Shown: positions 10,688-24,900, counted from the stretch's first letter. The stretch is DNA of 64,000 nt from Isurus oxyrinchus (GCA_026770705.1 JANJGN010000038.1:5022001-5086000); one strand, 5' to 3'. Numbers and translations: made by a program. Notes: a model not told the origin generated them from the letters alone.

Positions 10688-10949
10688 TAAGTTGATTTGC
10701 CTAAATTATACCAAACCAGCACTGCCTCAGGCGGTGATAACTGAAAAAGGGCCTAGTGTAATGTAGGGATGGGCATGGATGGTTTATATTACATTAGACA
10801 GTCTCTAATGTTTTACTTATTTATTATCGACTGATTTGGAATAGTTGTTAAGTCAAACATGTCTACCGACTCCCAATTCCCCTTTAGAAATGGCGAATTG
10901 CCACCATTTTGAAAGTATCAAGCGGTTTAATACCTTTTAAAATGCATAA

Positions 10950-12790
10950 ATGCCAAGGCTCGCCAGAATTGTACCCTCGGCATAAGAATGACCATGACTT
11001 TATAATCCTTTGCAACTTCAGGCACTGAGACAGGGCGACAGGACAGCTAACGTTGTGCCCTTGTTCAAAACGCAGAAAGGTATAAGACTGAGTAATTACA
11101 GGACACTGAATATAATCTTGGAGCAGGGAATAGTATTGGAAAGAGAACATTCTAAGAGACATTTAGAATGACACTGAGTAAGCAAAGCTGGACAGCAAGA
11201 ATTTGTTAAACGAAGGGCGAGTCTGACTATTATGCATAAATATTTTGAAGGTATAATAAGGAGTGCAGATGGAAACAATGCATTCGATGTAGTGTATATG
11301 GATTTTAAAATGAGCAGGTTCTACATGGCAGAGCGGTTCTGAAATTAAAAGCCAATGTGATCCAAGGCAAAGCGGCGAGGTAAATCCAAAATTCGTTCAA
11401 TGCCAGGAAGCAAACGGTAAATGACACGGGGTGTTTCTGTAAATGGGAGTGGTATCCCCCAGGCCTTAGTAATAGGACACTTGCCTTTTCTTGCATGTAT
11501 CAATTACTTGCACATGACTGAAAAGAGCATGATTAAGAAGGCTTTAGATGATACACAAATTGGCTGTGTGATTAAGAATTGAGCAAAAAGCTGTATACTG
11601 CAGGAAATCGACCAGTCAGGTAGACATAAGAATGGCTTAGAGATGATTGCGAGGTAGTGCATTTAAGGAAAGCTAACAAGATAAAGTAATAAACAGTAAA
11701 TAAAACATAAGTACGAGGAGCAAGAGTTGGCAATTCCGCCCACCGAGCCTGCCCCGCTATTCATTACGATCATAGCTGATCTCATTTCGGCCTCAACTCC
11801 AATTTCCCATCCTCTCCCTGTAACCTTTCAACCCATTACTAATTAAAAATCTGTCTTTCTCCTCCTTAAATTTATTCAGCACCCCGGCATCCAGCGCATT
11901 CTGAGATAGTGACTGCCACTGATTCACGAATGATACGACACTGAGAAGTAAAGTGGGACTATCGAATGCAGATATTCGTAAAGGTGCCTGACAGGTAGAT
12001 AAATTGATCAAGAAACAGATGGGATTCTTGCCTTTATTCTCCGAGGCATAGAATATACGAGTTGAGACGTCCTGCTGGAACTGTGTAAAAGAATAGTTAG
12101 GCCCGAGTTAGAGTGTTCGGTGCAGCCCTGGGCCAGGAACAATATGAAAGATTTGATTGGGCTAGAAACGTTACAGCGGAGATTTATGACGACATTGCCT
12201 CGACTGCAGGAGGATTGCTATTTGGGAGGATAGGTTAGGTTTGTTTACTTTTGAACAAAGGAAGCTGAGGTAACACAATGCTGCATAAAAGAGGTTATTC
12301 TCTTTGCCTCCATAACTCCTTGCTGTGCCCGCATGCTTTGTGTGATCCGTGTACAAACACACACAGATCTCTCTGCACCGAAGAATTCTGCAGTCAATAA
12401 CATGTTGCCTTTCGACTTATCCGGCAAAATTAGTCAAACTCATATTTTTCCAACCTTATATTCCATCAGCACAATCACTCAGCTTACCAATATGTCATTG
12501 TGGCCTCTTAGTGTCCTCCTCAGAACCTAGTTCCTTTTCCAGCTTGGTATCATCAGCAAATCTGGCTAAAGTACTGTCGACCCCTTCATTCTAGAGTAAA
12601 TAGGTCACGGCAAATGTTTTCACCCAAAGGATGATGGGAATCTAAAACTCATGATGTGAAAGAGTTGTAAAAACTTGAAGTGAAACAACCTAAAAGGTTA
12701 CAGACCAAGAGCTGGAAAGTTGACAAGGCTGATTACTGCTTGTTCGCTGGGACGAATGTCCCTCTTCCGTATTGTGGATTTCTATGACCC
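10950..12790 (+). mobile_element. Decayed CR1 LINE ORF2 with nested minus-strand CR1 fragments (~11700-11935, ~12280-12590)
   Basis: Remnants of ANVVPLFK, DVVYMDF, LVRPELE..VQ and LETLQRRF motifs. Confidence 0.75.
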
Positions 12791-12809
12791 TATGATTCAT
12801 TGCTGTAAA

Positions 12810-14900
12810 ATAGGGGTTTCAGGGTTTTGACCCAGCGACGGTGAAGAAATAACAACATATCTCCAAGCCAATGTGGTGTTTGGCCTTGAGGGGAACTTAT
12901 AGGTCTTTCCATAGGTCTGTCACACTTGCTCCTCTAGGTGTTAGTAGTCAGGGGCTTGCACGGGCTGTCAAAGAACAGTTGGCGAGTTGCCACCGTGTAT
13001 TTCGTAGATGGTGCACACTGCTGTGTTTGTGCAGTGGTGCTGGAGGGAATGGATTTATAAACGCCGGATGGGGTGGCCAATCAGGCGCGACGATCTTTCC
13101 TACATGGTGTCTTCCTTCTTCCGAATATAAGAAATAGTATTAGGAGAAGATAATGTGGTTTCTCGGGCCTGCTCGGCAAGTGTTTTGTTGGAACTTCCCT
13201 GATCCAGGCAAGCTGAGATATTCAATTACTTTCCTAAAAATTGCATGGACATTGTGGACAGATTGTGGAGAAACATGAGGTGAATCGCTCGCCATACAAT
13301 GTGCTGCCTCTGACCTTTTCTAGATTCTTCATATATGCTGCTGGTTCAGTTAACTTAATTTACTGCTGTGGCCCCCACAGTGTTGCTGGTGTTGGATTCT
13401 GCGATGCTAATGTCGATGAATGACAACGGGAGATGGTTAGATTCTCTCCTGATGGAGATGGTCACTGCCTGGCACTTGTAACACGTTATGTCACTTTCCA
13501 CTCATCAGCCAAAGGTTTAATATTGTCCAAATGTTTTTTTTTCTGCATGGAGGCATGAACTGCTTCAGTATCTGAAGCATCGTGAATGATGCTGAAAATT
13601 GTGCCAACATTCGTGAACATCGCTACTTCTGACAAGATTATGGAAATAAGGTCATTGATGAAGCAACTGAGGATGGCTGGGCCTAGGACACTTTCCTGAG
13701 GAAGTCCGAGAGCGATGCTCTGGTGTGGGGCTTTTGGCCTCCAGCAACAGCAATCATTTTCATTTGTGCTAGGTATGACTCCAATGAGTTTCCCCCTGAT
13801 TGCCATTGACTGCAATGTTGCTAATGCTCCTTGGTGCCACAATCTGTCAACTGCTACCTTGATGTGAAGGGCATTCACTCTCATATTAGGATTCAGCTGT
13901 TTGTCTTTGTTCAAATCAACAACGTGATGTAGTCGGGAACTGAAAGGCCCTTGTGAAACCTAAACTGAGCATTGTTGAGCAGCTTGTTGGTGATGAGCTG
14001 CTGTTTGATTGCTCCATCAGTGACACCTTCCATCAGGTTGCTGCTGGCTGAGAGTAGAATGATTGAGGGTCAATGGGCCGCATTGGGTTTGTTCAGCAAT
14101 TTTTCACCATGTTACAGCTTGATCAGGCTGACACCCCATTTTTAGATGTTCTTGTTGCTGCATTTGGTCTACTGCTCTAAATTCATCACTGAACAACCGT
14201 TGATCCCCTGGCTTCATCCTAATGGTAGAGTGAGGGTTATACATCCCATGACGTGCATATTGTGGGGGAATGAGAATGTTGCTCAAGCTAATGGCCTCAC
14301 TGACGCACGGTTTTAATTGCCAAATATTCTCCAAATCTATCGCATTTAGCACGATGATTATGCCACACAACATCGCGGGTGGTGCTCTCAGTCTGAAGAT
14401 GGGTCTTTGTATCCAAAAGAAAAGTGCGGTGGACACTCTCATCAATACTGACGTGGAGAGATGTATCTGTGCCAGGTAGAGTAATGAGCGCCATCTCAAG
14501 TAAGTCTTCTCCTTGTGTTCTCTCAACACCTTCCAGGGGCACGGTCTGGTAGATATGTCCTTCGTGACTCGGCCCGCTCAGTCAGTATTGGTATCGAGCC
14601 ATTCTTGCTGATGTGCATTGAAGTTCCATTTCCTTTTCTGCTCTCAGGGTTTCACCAGAATTGTGTTCAACATGGAGACGCGCTGATTCATTAGTTGAGG
14701 TAGGGGAATAACTCGAATTAGAAAGGAGATTTTCCACTGTTGCCTGTTCTGATGCCAGGAGTATTCATGACTCCTGGAGTCAATCTTGAGGACCCCCAGG
14801 GACACTCCTTCCCGACTAATATCCCGCCATCACTGGTGGGTCAGTCAGGCGTGGGGATATTGGTGGGAAGGTATTAACATTGAGCATGACTATGTCAGGC
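12810..14900 (-). mobile_element. CR1/L2-group LINE (second family), decayed RT and endonuclease
   Basis: ORF 13486-13914 reads PQESVLGPAILSCFINDL...EVAMFTN...DTEAVHASMQ. Confidence 0.8.
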
Positions 14901-14904
14901 GGGT

Positions 14905-15685
14905 GTTTAGTTTGTAAGGTCTAATACAGGCAGGAATTATACAGTAAATGGCAGAACCCTTAAGTGCATCGACAGGCAGAGGGATCTGGGTATACAGGTC
15001 CACAGGTCACTGGAAGTGGCAACGCAGGTGGGTAAGGTAGTCAGGAAGGCATATGGCATGCTTGCCTTCATTGGCAGGGGTATTGAGTATAAAAGCTGGG
15101 AAATCATGCTGCAGCTGTATAGAACCTTGGTTAGCCTACACTTGGAACATTGCTTGCAATTCTGGTCTCCACATTACTTGAAGGATATGGAGGCATTGGA
15201 GAGGGTGCAGAGGAGGTTTACCAGGATGCTGCCTGATCTGGAGGTTATTAGGTATGAGGAGAGGTTGAAGAAACTCTGATTGTTCTGACTGGAGGGACTG
15301 AGATTGAGGGGCGGCTTGATAGAAATTTACAAAATTATGAGTGGCATGGACAGAGTAGATAGTCAGAATCTTTTTCCCAGGGTGGGAGATTAAATTACTA
15401 GGGGACATAGATTTAAGGTGAGAGGAGAAAACTACAGAGATGTGCGGGGCAAGTTTTTTATGCAGAGGGTAGTGAGTGTCGGGAATTCGCTGCCAGAGGA
15501 GGTGGTGGAAGCAGGTACGATAGTGATGTTTAAGAGGCAGCTTGACAAATACATGAATAGGATGGGAAGAGAGGGATACGGACCCCAGAAGTACAAAATG
15601 TTTTAGTTGACGGGCAATATGATCGGCACAGGCTTGGTGGGCCGAAGGGCCTGTTCCTGTGCTGTACTTTTCTTTGTTCTTTTTT
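14905..15685 (+). mobile_element. CR1 (HER1-like) LINE 3' end
   Basis: ORF 15016-15279 KAYGMLAFIGRGIEYKS...LERVQRRFTRM; tail gggccgaagggcctgttcctgtgctgtac. Confidence 0.9.
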
Positions 15686-15962
15686 GTTGTTCTTCTTGTG
15701 TTTCCGCCAGCCTGCGTTCCGTGTTTCTCAGTGTGGGAGATGTCCACAGAAGATCGTTCAGAGAATTTTATACAGTTAATTGGACTGCCTGTGTCTTTGC
15801 CTGTGCCTCGGTTGATGCCGTCTGGCTTTACTGACTGTGCTCAGGTTGATGATTCTCGTGGCCGTTTAATAAAAATGACTGCACACTGAGAATGTTTAGA
15901 GGGAGATTCAAAGTTAACCACCTTGCTCTTTATCTGGAGTCCCTTTGGGAAAAAAACATGTA

Positions 15963-16023
15963 AGGTGGTGGGTGGTGGGGGTGGGGGGAGGGGGGGGGTG
16001 GGGGGGTGGGGTGGGGGGGGGGG
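15963..16023 (+). repeat. G-rich tract with G-quadruplex potential
   Basis: Multiple G3-G10 runs. Confidence 0.8.
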
Positions 16024-16239
16024 AATGTATTTCTGAAACGTACCTTTATATGTCAGCTGTGTTTTGATGAGCCTGGGAGATGCACGTTTCCCATTATTGA
16101 CATGGAGGGCATTTTTAATAGTTCAGATGTATAAAATTAACTAAGTTTAAATTCCAAAAAGCTTTGTTGAAATTTGACCTCATATAATATCTGTTTGTGT
16201 TACATAAGGCGGTTTCTTAGTTATTGATGTGCTATATTG

Positions 16240-18770
16240 TTTATGTCTATATTTCATAGAACTTGTTTTTAATGTACTGGACCATGATTAAATTTATTTT
16301 AACCAGGCTCTGTTTCAGTTATTACTGCACTGGAGCAACTTACCATTTAAATTATACCAGGCCCTATCTCTGGTTACATTACACTGGACCCTAACTCAGG
16401 CACGACCTGGCTGTAGCTCTGCCACAGATTCACAGAATCACAGTGCAGAAGAGGCCCTTCGGCCCATCGAGTCTGCACCGGCACTTGAGAAACACCTGAC
16501 CTACCTACCTACCTAATCCTATTTACCAGCACTTGGCCCATAGCCTTGAATGTTATAGCGTCCCAAGTGCTCATCACTAGCCCAGAGGCCCAGACTCATC
16601 TTCTGGGGACATGGATTCAAATCCCACCACAGCAGCTGGCGGAATTTAAATGCGATTGAGACAAGAGCCGTTCGGAAGCTGGGAATTCTGCAAATACCTG
16701 TCCACAAACTACAAGGCACATGTCAGGAGTGTGGTGGAATATTCCCCAATTCTCCGGGCAACAAGGGCAGCAGAAGCACAGTAACAACAATGGAAAGTCC
16801 CTGTTTCTTCACTATCCTTGGGTCCAAATCATACAACTCCCTTCCTAGAAGCACTGTGGGTGTCCCTACAGCACGTGGACTGCAGCAGTACAAGAGGTTT
16901 GCTCACTAACACCTTCTCAAGGGCAATTGTGTTTGGCTATTGAATGTTGGTTCAGCTGGAAACGCACAAATCCCATGAATGAATAAAAAAATGGAAATGG
17001 AACTGGATCGTTACAATTTTCATTGCTTTAAATGCATCTGGTTCACTAAAGAACATTCGGTGAAGTAAATATGCATCCTTCCCCAGTCTGGCCTAAATGT
17101 GACTCCAGGCCCACAGCACGTGGTTCACTCTTAACTATCCTCCGACTCTGAAAATGTCTAGCCAGATATTCAGTTCCAGGACAGCGGAGCATGGGGGGAA
17201 ATGCTGGCCGTGTCAGAGACGCTCACATCTCCTGGATGAATAGAGATAAATAAATACTTCAGCCTAGTGAATGATTAAAAACAACATTTGTTAAAGTACT
17301 CCCTACTGTGTTTCCATGTATATTGTACATAATTATTCCAGGAACTCTGTTTTATAAAGCATTTGAAGGTCGCAGAGAGGATGAAGAGGAGATTGATCCG
17401 AATGTTACTAGACCTTGGAGATCTTGAATCGTTTTCCTTAGAATAGAGGGTGTTAAGAGGGGCTTTGATCGAGGTATTTAAATGGTGCTGATACATAACG
17501 ATTGGGTTATGCCTTCCTTAAAATTACACAGGACTCTGTCTCAGATCGCAGTGCAAAAGACCTAGTCTCAATTCATGTTTTACACTAGGCCCTGTTGGAG
17601 TAAGTAATTGCACTGATGCATACATCTCTTCACATTATACAAGACCATCTCCCTGTTTGTATCATATGAGCCACCGAAAAGGTTATTTAGCATTAAACTG
17701 TATATATTACGCTAGATGTTGTGTATCTCAGTCTCTCTATCTGTCAACCCATCTAGCTGCGTACCTGTCTGTTTGGCTGTCAGTCTATCTATCTATATTT
17801 CGAACCATCCATCCAGAAATTTCAGATCATCTATTATCGTTAACATTTCTTGATGCGGACGTCTTTTTCAAGTTCTTGTGTGGAAAATGCCTATTTAGAT
17901 TCCAAAGTGAGTTTAGCTGCGCTCAGAATTCAGTTCGAAAGTGGATTAAATCACATGGAGAATAAAGGACATCTACCCACCATTCTCTCTGTTTGTTGAC
18001 AAGTGATCACTTGTGCGTCACTCGAGTGTGTGATGATCTGTGCAAGAGGCGGTGAAAATGCAACTGTACCTATACCTAACGTGAGCGTAATAAATCTGTA
18101 ACTCTCTCACTTGGAATGGAATGTAACACTTTCCACTCTCAATGAAATTCAATAAAAAAAAATTGTTTCTGTTTCCATTGTTTTGTGCTGCGCGTTAACT
18201 TCACTATTTCCTCACCAGTTTCCAATACGTTTGCCATGATATAATTCAATGTTTACTGGCGTGGGTAAAGTGTTAGCTTAACAGAAACATGGTATAGGGC
18301 AGTAATAACTGAGAAAGGGCCCACTGTAAAATATAAAGAGATATATTTTCCAGTGCAATTTTAACAGAAACAATTATGTAAAACATAAATGGAGACAAGT
18401 TCCAGTGCAGTAACAACAGAGACAGGATCCAGGGTTATATTAACATATACATGTTCTAGTATAGTAATAACTGAGACGTGGTCGAGTGCGACATATAGAG
18501 ACATGGTGTATGGTTAACTAATAACTGAAACAGAGCGTTATATAATATAAATAGCGAAATGCTCTAATGTACTAATAACAGATTTGGGGGCCGGCCTGAA
18601 ACAGAGGCTTGATTAGCACAGAGTTAATTGTGTCAGAGCCTAATGTAATAAAAATACAAATACCAGATTATGCATCCATAAATTTCACAGGTTTCAGCAA
18701 AACCAGAACTGTGACTTGAACTCAAAGAGTAATAATTGAGGCAGGATCTGGTGTAATATAAAGGGAACCA
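16240..18770 (-). repeat. Composite repeat copy B: + array (16240-16400, 17500-17660), conserved spacer (17660-18290), - array (18290-18770), with LINE/SINE insertions at 16425-17490
   Basis: The spacer is the reverse complement of 42.5-43.2 kb and 62.1-63.7 kb, e.g. gtggattaaatcacatggagaataaaggac and gtgtgatgatctgtgcaag. Confidence 0.6.
16425..17250. mobile_element. Nested CR1/HE1-type tail (-), tRNA-derived SINE (+) and LINE 3' end (+)
   Basis: gactcgatgggccgaagggcctcttctgcactgtgattctgtga tail on the minus strand; B-box-like GATTCAAATCC at ~16614; ttctcaagggcaatt tail. Confidence 0.7.
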
Positions 18771-18829
18771 ATTGCTGGCGAAATATTTCTCTTCATCGCC
18801 CTTTTACAAATCTGCCAATATATACATTT

Positions 18830-19290
18830 GTTCTGAAGCTATGATCACTGGATATTGACACAATGAACAGAAGGAACTGATGTTCTCTGCTAATTCTCTT
18901 TCAAACCTCTCATCATCTTGGAAAAAGCGTTTAGGTTTCTGCTTAATCTTCTTTATCACAAGCAGAATGCTGCCAATTTGTCCAATTGATTGTTGTTACT
19001 AAAGACCCTGATCCTTGTTAACAAACTCATTACCTTCCTCTGTACACTTTCTGAGACCTCAACGCACTTCATAGGATCTGAAAATCATAGATTTCTGCAG
19101 CACAGAAACAGGCCATTGTGCACACCCTAACCATAATGGCCTGAAATGATCTATCAAGTCTAATCCCACTTCCTAGCTTTTGTGCCAGGGCCCTTGGGGC
19201 TACAGTACTTCAAGTGAACATCCAAATATATTTTGACATGTGATGAGGGATTCGGTCCAGAACACCATTTCATGCACTGAGTCCGAAACA
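18830..19290 (-). mobile_element. CR1 LINE fragments
   Basis: CR1 3' tail (atcatagatttctgcagcacagaaacaggcc) and decayed ORF2. Confidence 0.55.
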
Positions 19291-19294
19291 CTAT

Positions 19295-19665
19295 TACACA
19301 CTCCTAAGGATAGACACGGGACAGTTCAGACGCAGAGTAAAGCTACCTCTACATTGGTAAATTCCTGGGTGAGGCAGAGTAAAGGTCTCTCTAAACTATC
19401 CCACCAAACATTCTCAGGACATGTATAGCGCTGGATAGACAAAGGTCCCTCTACATGATTCGATCGAATGCTCCCACGAATGGTGCAGCAGTATCAGATG
19501 CAGAAAAAAGATCCCTCTACAATTTCCCATATACCATTCACAGGAAGACATAGGAATGTTAATTTGCAGAGGAGTGCTCCCTTTAGACTGTCCCATTAAA
19601 TACTCCCATGTTGTTAAGTGAACCAGACACATTTTAGAGTTAAGTTCCTTCTGTGAACATCCATC
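19295..19665 (+). repeat. Degenerate ~65-69 bp tandem repeat (cagagtaaagctccctctacactgtccc family)
   Basis: About 6 recurrences of cagagtaaag..ccctctaca. Confidence 0.7.
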
Positions 19666-20489
19666 TATTTCGTTAAAAGTCAATGAATAGGGGTGAGATT
19701 AATCTTTGATAAGATACTGACTTCACGTTATGAGTTACAGACGCTGACAAATTAATGAGAGGCCAGACACGCCCGGGATAGGGGAGAAAGGGAGACAGAG
19801 CGGGATAGAATGCAGGAAACTCCGCAAACACATTTTCAATGCTGCTGTATACCGGATCAAAGGACGCTTCGCCAGTCTTGAACACAAAAAACATCTTTAT
19901 ATTGTTATCCCATAACTTATAGAAATCTTCCAACTATCAATCATTACTGGAATCCTTTGTGTGATTTGCATTTCTCTCTGTTGTTATTTCCATGCTCTGC
20001 TGGTGGGGAAACATCTATTGTATTTCCGACGCTCAATATTCTATTCTGAAGCGTCTATTTCTGTGTTTATTTACATAACCGCCTCACTAGTTTCAAAGTG
20101 GTGTTCATGGCAGCAGAATCAGATCAACAGTCACTTATCGATTATGTTCAGCGCAAAACAAGTTTATTTTAAGAATATTCACAGATGGTATAAGAATTGA
20201 ACACAATTTTCAGAAAACCAATTGGTACAGATGTTACTTATTTTAAACAAAAGAAGCCATTAAATTTAAGAAAAAATGTTTCTGGAAATTCTGCTGCTTA
20301 AATCAATTAAGCATTTCTGAGCAGCCTGTTATTCCGCTGAATATCGATTGGTGAAAGGATGAACCCCTTTTACATAAACATGTTTAAATAATGAACTGAG
20401 AAATGACCGTTAATCACATTCTTCTCAGACTTTCTAACACAGCACCACGTCTGTTTTGACATGTTCACTTTTAGTAAAAACTCAGTGTT

Positions 20490-20735
20490 TATACAGCACA
20501 TTGCACCATCTGAGGAGGTCCAAAATCACATACCTCATTAACCTCATTGATGTACCTTATTTCGAATTATAATCTCTTGTGTCACGTTAGAACTACAGGA
20601 GGCAATTTGTGCACAGGAAGCTCCCACCAACAGAGATGTAATAAAAGCCCAGATCACCTGTTTATTAGTGATGTTAGTTGTGCATTAGGTATTGGTCCAG
20701 GATACCCCTGAGCTGTAAAATAGTGTCAGTGGAGA
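20490..20735 (-). mobile_element. Deu-domain SINE, second copy
   Basis: Reverse-complement similarity to 5480-5760. Confidence 0.55.
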
Positions 20736-20839
20736 ATGATGCTGAGTGTTTCCAGATTTTCTGGCCTTACTTTACATTGAGAGCATCCGTAATAGTTTAC
20801 AAAGCTTTGACCGTTGTTTTTATTTGTTTTTTGTTGTGA

Positions 20840-21290
20840 ACGTCGAAAACAAGGCCAGCCTTAACTGTCCTGCAATAAGTACCCTTGAGAAGGTGGCGGG
20901 GAGCCGACATCTTCAACAGCTGCAGTTTGTGCCGTGCGCCTCTTATTTGACTTTCCAAGAAGTGCTTTGACCCAACTAAATGGTCTTCTGGACCATTCCA
21001 AGGGCCGTTAAGAGTCAACCACGTTGTTGTGGGGCTCCAGCCTCACGTAGGCCAGGCTGGTAAGGGTAAGATTTCCTCCCCGAATGACATTAGTGAACCA
21101 GTTGCAAATTCATGACAATGAGATTGTTCGATTATTAATGCAATGAGTAATTTTATTCCAGTTTCGGTTTTAGTGAATAAAATGAATGGAAATCCCGCCA
21201 GCTGCCATCGTGGCATTTAAATCATGTCCCTGGAGCATTTCTGATCTTCTCTGTATTACCCAGTTAATTTACCTCGATGCTGCTATTCCC
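20840..21290 (-). mobile_element. tRNA-derived SINE with LINE-shared tail
   Basis: Similar to 54190-54566: gagtcaaccac...gacattagtgaaccag. Confidence 0.65.
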
Positions 21291-21367
21291 TAAGACTGAG
21301 ATGACATTACCATCGCCACATCTGAATGATCACCCACCTGACCATGCTTCAAACCTGCAGTTGTGGC

Positions 21368-21470
21368 TCTGAATAAACTCAAAATGGAATCGAAACGTTA
21401 ACTCTGTTGCTCTCTCCTCAGACCCTGCCAGACCGGCTGAGTCTTTCCAGCACTTTCTGTTTTCAGTTCA
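21368..21470 (+). mobile_element. Penelope-type repeat fragment with a decayed hammerhead
   Basis: CTGAATA...CGAAACGTTAACTCTG...gaccggctgagtctttccagc. Confidence 0.55.
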
Positions 21471-21949
21471 GTAGTGGTTACTGTCCATGTATGAGAGCCA
21501 CTAATGCAAGGCACTGGACATGTTGCAGTTGCTATTTTGAAATTATAGCATTTGGTTCTATGTATATAAAGTTCAGGAGCAGGCTCCAGTCTTACACACA
21601 TCAATTTAGTTGTAAGGGATCCGTTGCCTTGTAGCCCGGTGTCTTAGCCTGACTCTGTTGTAACAGTGCACTTTATTTCCATTGGCCCCATATAACAGTG
21701 TGAACGATTGTTAAATGCTCATTTCGAAGTAACAAGACAGAAGATTTCCTGGAACTTAAGTTTGCACTGCCCTTCACTCTCTGCACAACAAAAAACTGGG
21801 ATTGCTCTCCTCATCAACGAGTATAGGTTTATCAGAAATGGTCCAACGTGTGAGGGATGTTTTTGAATATTTAGGGAGAAGCTGTTCCACTGGCAAATGG
21901 ATCAGTGATGCTGGGGCTTATGTTAATTCGAAATTAATACACTTATTAT

Positions 21950-24900
21950 ATTGCACAGTAAGAGGTTTCTAATGATGTAACACTAAACCCTATCTCTCTG
22001 TATATTACACTAGGTTATGCATTAATTATAACTGCATTACTCTCTGTCCCTCTCAATATGCCGCAAAGCCCTGCATCAATTGTTTCCACACCAGATTTAT
22101 CCCTGGTTGACTTACACTCCGTGCTGTGTCAGAGATTATCGCGTAATGCCCCGCTTCAGTTTTATTAAATTGGGCTCAGTATCAGTAATCCTGTTCTGTA
22201 GCAGTTGATATTAATCTAGGCCGTTTACCAGTAATCACTACACTAGACCCTGCCGCTGTTTATATGAATACAGACTTTGTATCAGTAATCACTGTAATAA
22301 ACCCTGCCTAAGTGGATATTATCCATACCTTGTATCAGTAACCACTGAAAGAGACCCTGTCTTAGTTTATATTAATGCAAACATTGTATTAGTAATCACT
22401 GCAAGAGACCCTGTCTCAGTTGATAGTAATCAATACCTTGTATCAGTAATCCCTGTAAAAACCCTGACACACTTTATATCAATATAGACCTTGTATCGGT
22501 AATCACTGTAATAGACCCTGTCTCAGTTTATGTTAATCAATAGCATGTATCAGTAATCTCTGTAATAGACCCAGTCTCAGTTTATATTAATCCATGCCTT
22601 GTATCAATAATCACTGCAAAATAACCTTTCTCAGTTTATATAAATACAGATATTGTATTGGTAATTTCTGTAATAGAGGCTGCCTCAGTTTATAATAATC
22701 AATAACCTGTTTCAGTATTCACTGTAATACACACTGTCTCAGTTTTTATTAACCCATAACCTGTTTCAGTATTCACTGTAATACACACTGTCTCAGTTTA
22801 TAATAACCCATAACCTGTTTCAGTATTCACTGTAATACACACTGTCTCAGTTTATATTAATCCATAACCAGTTTCAGTATTCACTGTAATACACACTGTC
22901 TCAGTTTATAATAACCCATAACCTGTTTCAGTATTCACTGTAACACACACTGTCTCAGTTTATAATAACCCATAACCTGTTTCAGTATTCACTGTAATAC
23001 ATACTGTCTCAGTTTATAATAACCCATAACCTGTTTCAGTATTCACTGTAATACACAGTGTCTCAGTTTATAATAACCCATAGCCTGTTTCATTATTCAC
23101 TGTAATACACAGTGTCTCAGTTTATGATAACCCATAACCTGTTTCAGTATTCACTGTAATACACACTATCTCAGTTTATGATAACCCATAACCTGTTTCA
23201 GTATTCACTGTAATACACACTGTCTCAGTTTATAATAACCCATAACCTGTTTCAGTATTCACTGTAATACGCACTGTCTCAGTTTATAATAACCCATAAC
23301 CTGTTTCAGTATTCACTGTAATACACACTGTCTCAGTTTTTAATAACCCATAACCTGTTTCAGTATTCACTGTAATACAGACTGTCTCAGTTTATAATAA
23401 CCCATAACCTGTTTCAGTATTCACTGTAATACACACTGCCTCAGTTTATAATAACTCATAACCTGTATCAGTATTCACTGTAATACACACTGTCTCAGTT
23501 TATAATAACCCATAACCTGTTTCAGTATTCACTGTAATACACACTGTCTCAGTTTATAATAACCAATAACCTGTTTCAGTATTCACTGTAATACACACTA
23601 TCTCAGTTTATAATAACCTATAACCTGTTTCAGTATTCACTGTAATACACAGTGTCTCAGTTTATAATAACCCATAGCCTGTTTCATTATTCACTGTAAT
23701 ACACAGTGTCTCAGTTTATGATAACCCATAACCTGATTCAGTATTCACTGTAATACACACTATCTCAGTTTATGATAACCCATAACCTGTTTCAGTATTC
23801 ACTGTAATACACACTGTCTCAGTTTATAATAACCCATAACCTGTTTCAGTATTCACTGTAATACACACTGTCTCAGTTTATAATAACCCATAACCTGTTT
23901 CAGTATTCACTGTAATACGCACTGTCTCAGTTTATAATAACCCATAACCTGTTTCAGTATTCACTGTAATACACACTGTCTCAGTTTTAATAACCCATAA
24001 CCTGTTTCAGTATTCATTGTAATACACACTGTCTCAGTTTATAATAACCCATAACCTGTTTCAGTATTCACTGTAATACACACTGTCTCAGTTTATAATA
24101 ACCCATAACCTGTTTCAGTATTCACTGTAATACATACTGTCTCAGTTTATAATAACCCATAACCTGTTTCAGTATTCACTGTAATACACAGTGTCTCAGT
24201 TTATAATAACCCATAGTCTGTTTCATTATTCACTGTAATACACAGTGTCTCAGTTTATGATAACCCATAACCTGTTTCAGTATTCACTGTAATACACACT
24301 ATCTCAGTTTATGATAACCCATAACCTGATTCAGTATTCACTGTAATACACACTGTCTCAGTTTATAATAACCCATAACCTGTTTCAGTATTCACTGTAA
24401 TACACACTGTCTCAGTTTATAATAACCCATAACCTGTTTCAGTATTCACTGTAATACACACTGCCTCAGTTTATAATAACTCATAACCTGTTTCAGTATT
24501 CACTGTAATACACACTGTCTCAGTTTATATTAACTCATAACCTGTTTCAGTATTCACTGTAATACATACTGCCTCAGTTTATAATAACTCATAACCTGTT
24601 TCAGTATTCACTGTAATACACACTGTCTCAGTTTATAATAACCCATAACCTGTTTCAGTATTCACTGTAATACACACTGCCTCAGTTTATAATAACTCAT
24701 AACCTGTTTCAGTATTCACTGTAATACACACTGTCTCAGTTTATAATAACCCATAACCTGTTTCAGTATTCACTGTAATACACACTGTCTCAGTTTATAA
24801 TAACCCATAACCTGTTTCAGTATTCACTGTAATACACACTGTCTCAGTTTATAATAACCCATAACCTGTTTCAGTATTCACTGTAATACACAGTGTCTCA

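Noticed and set aside
19673-19933. 86-aa ORF (MEDFYKLWDNN...)
   Set aside because: Non-ATG start, no recognisable domain, no supporting splice structure.
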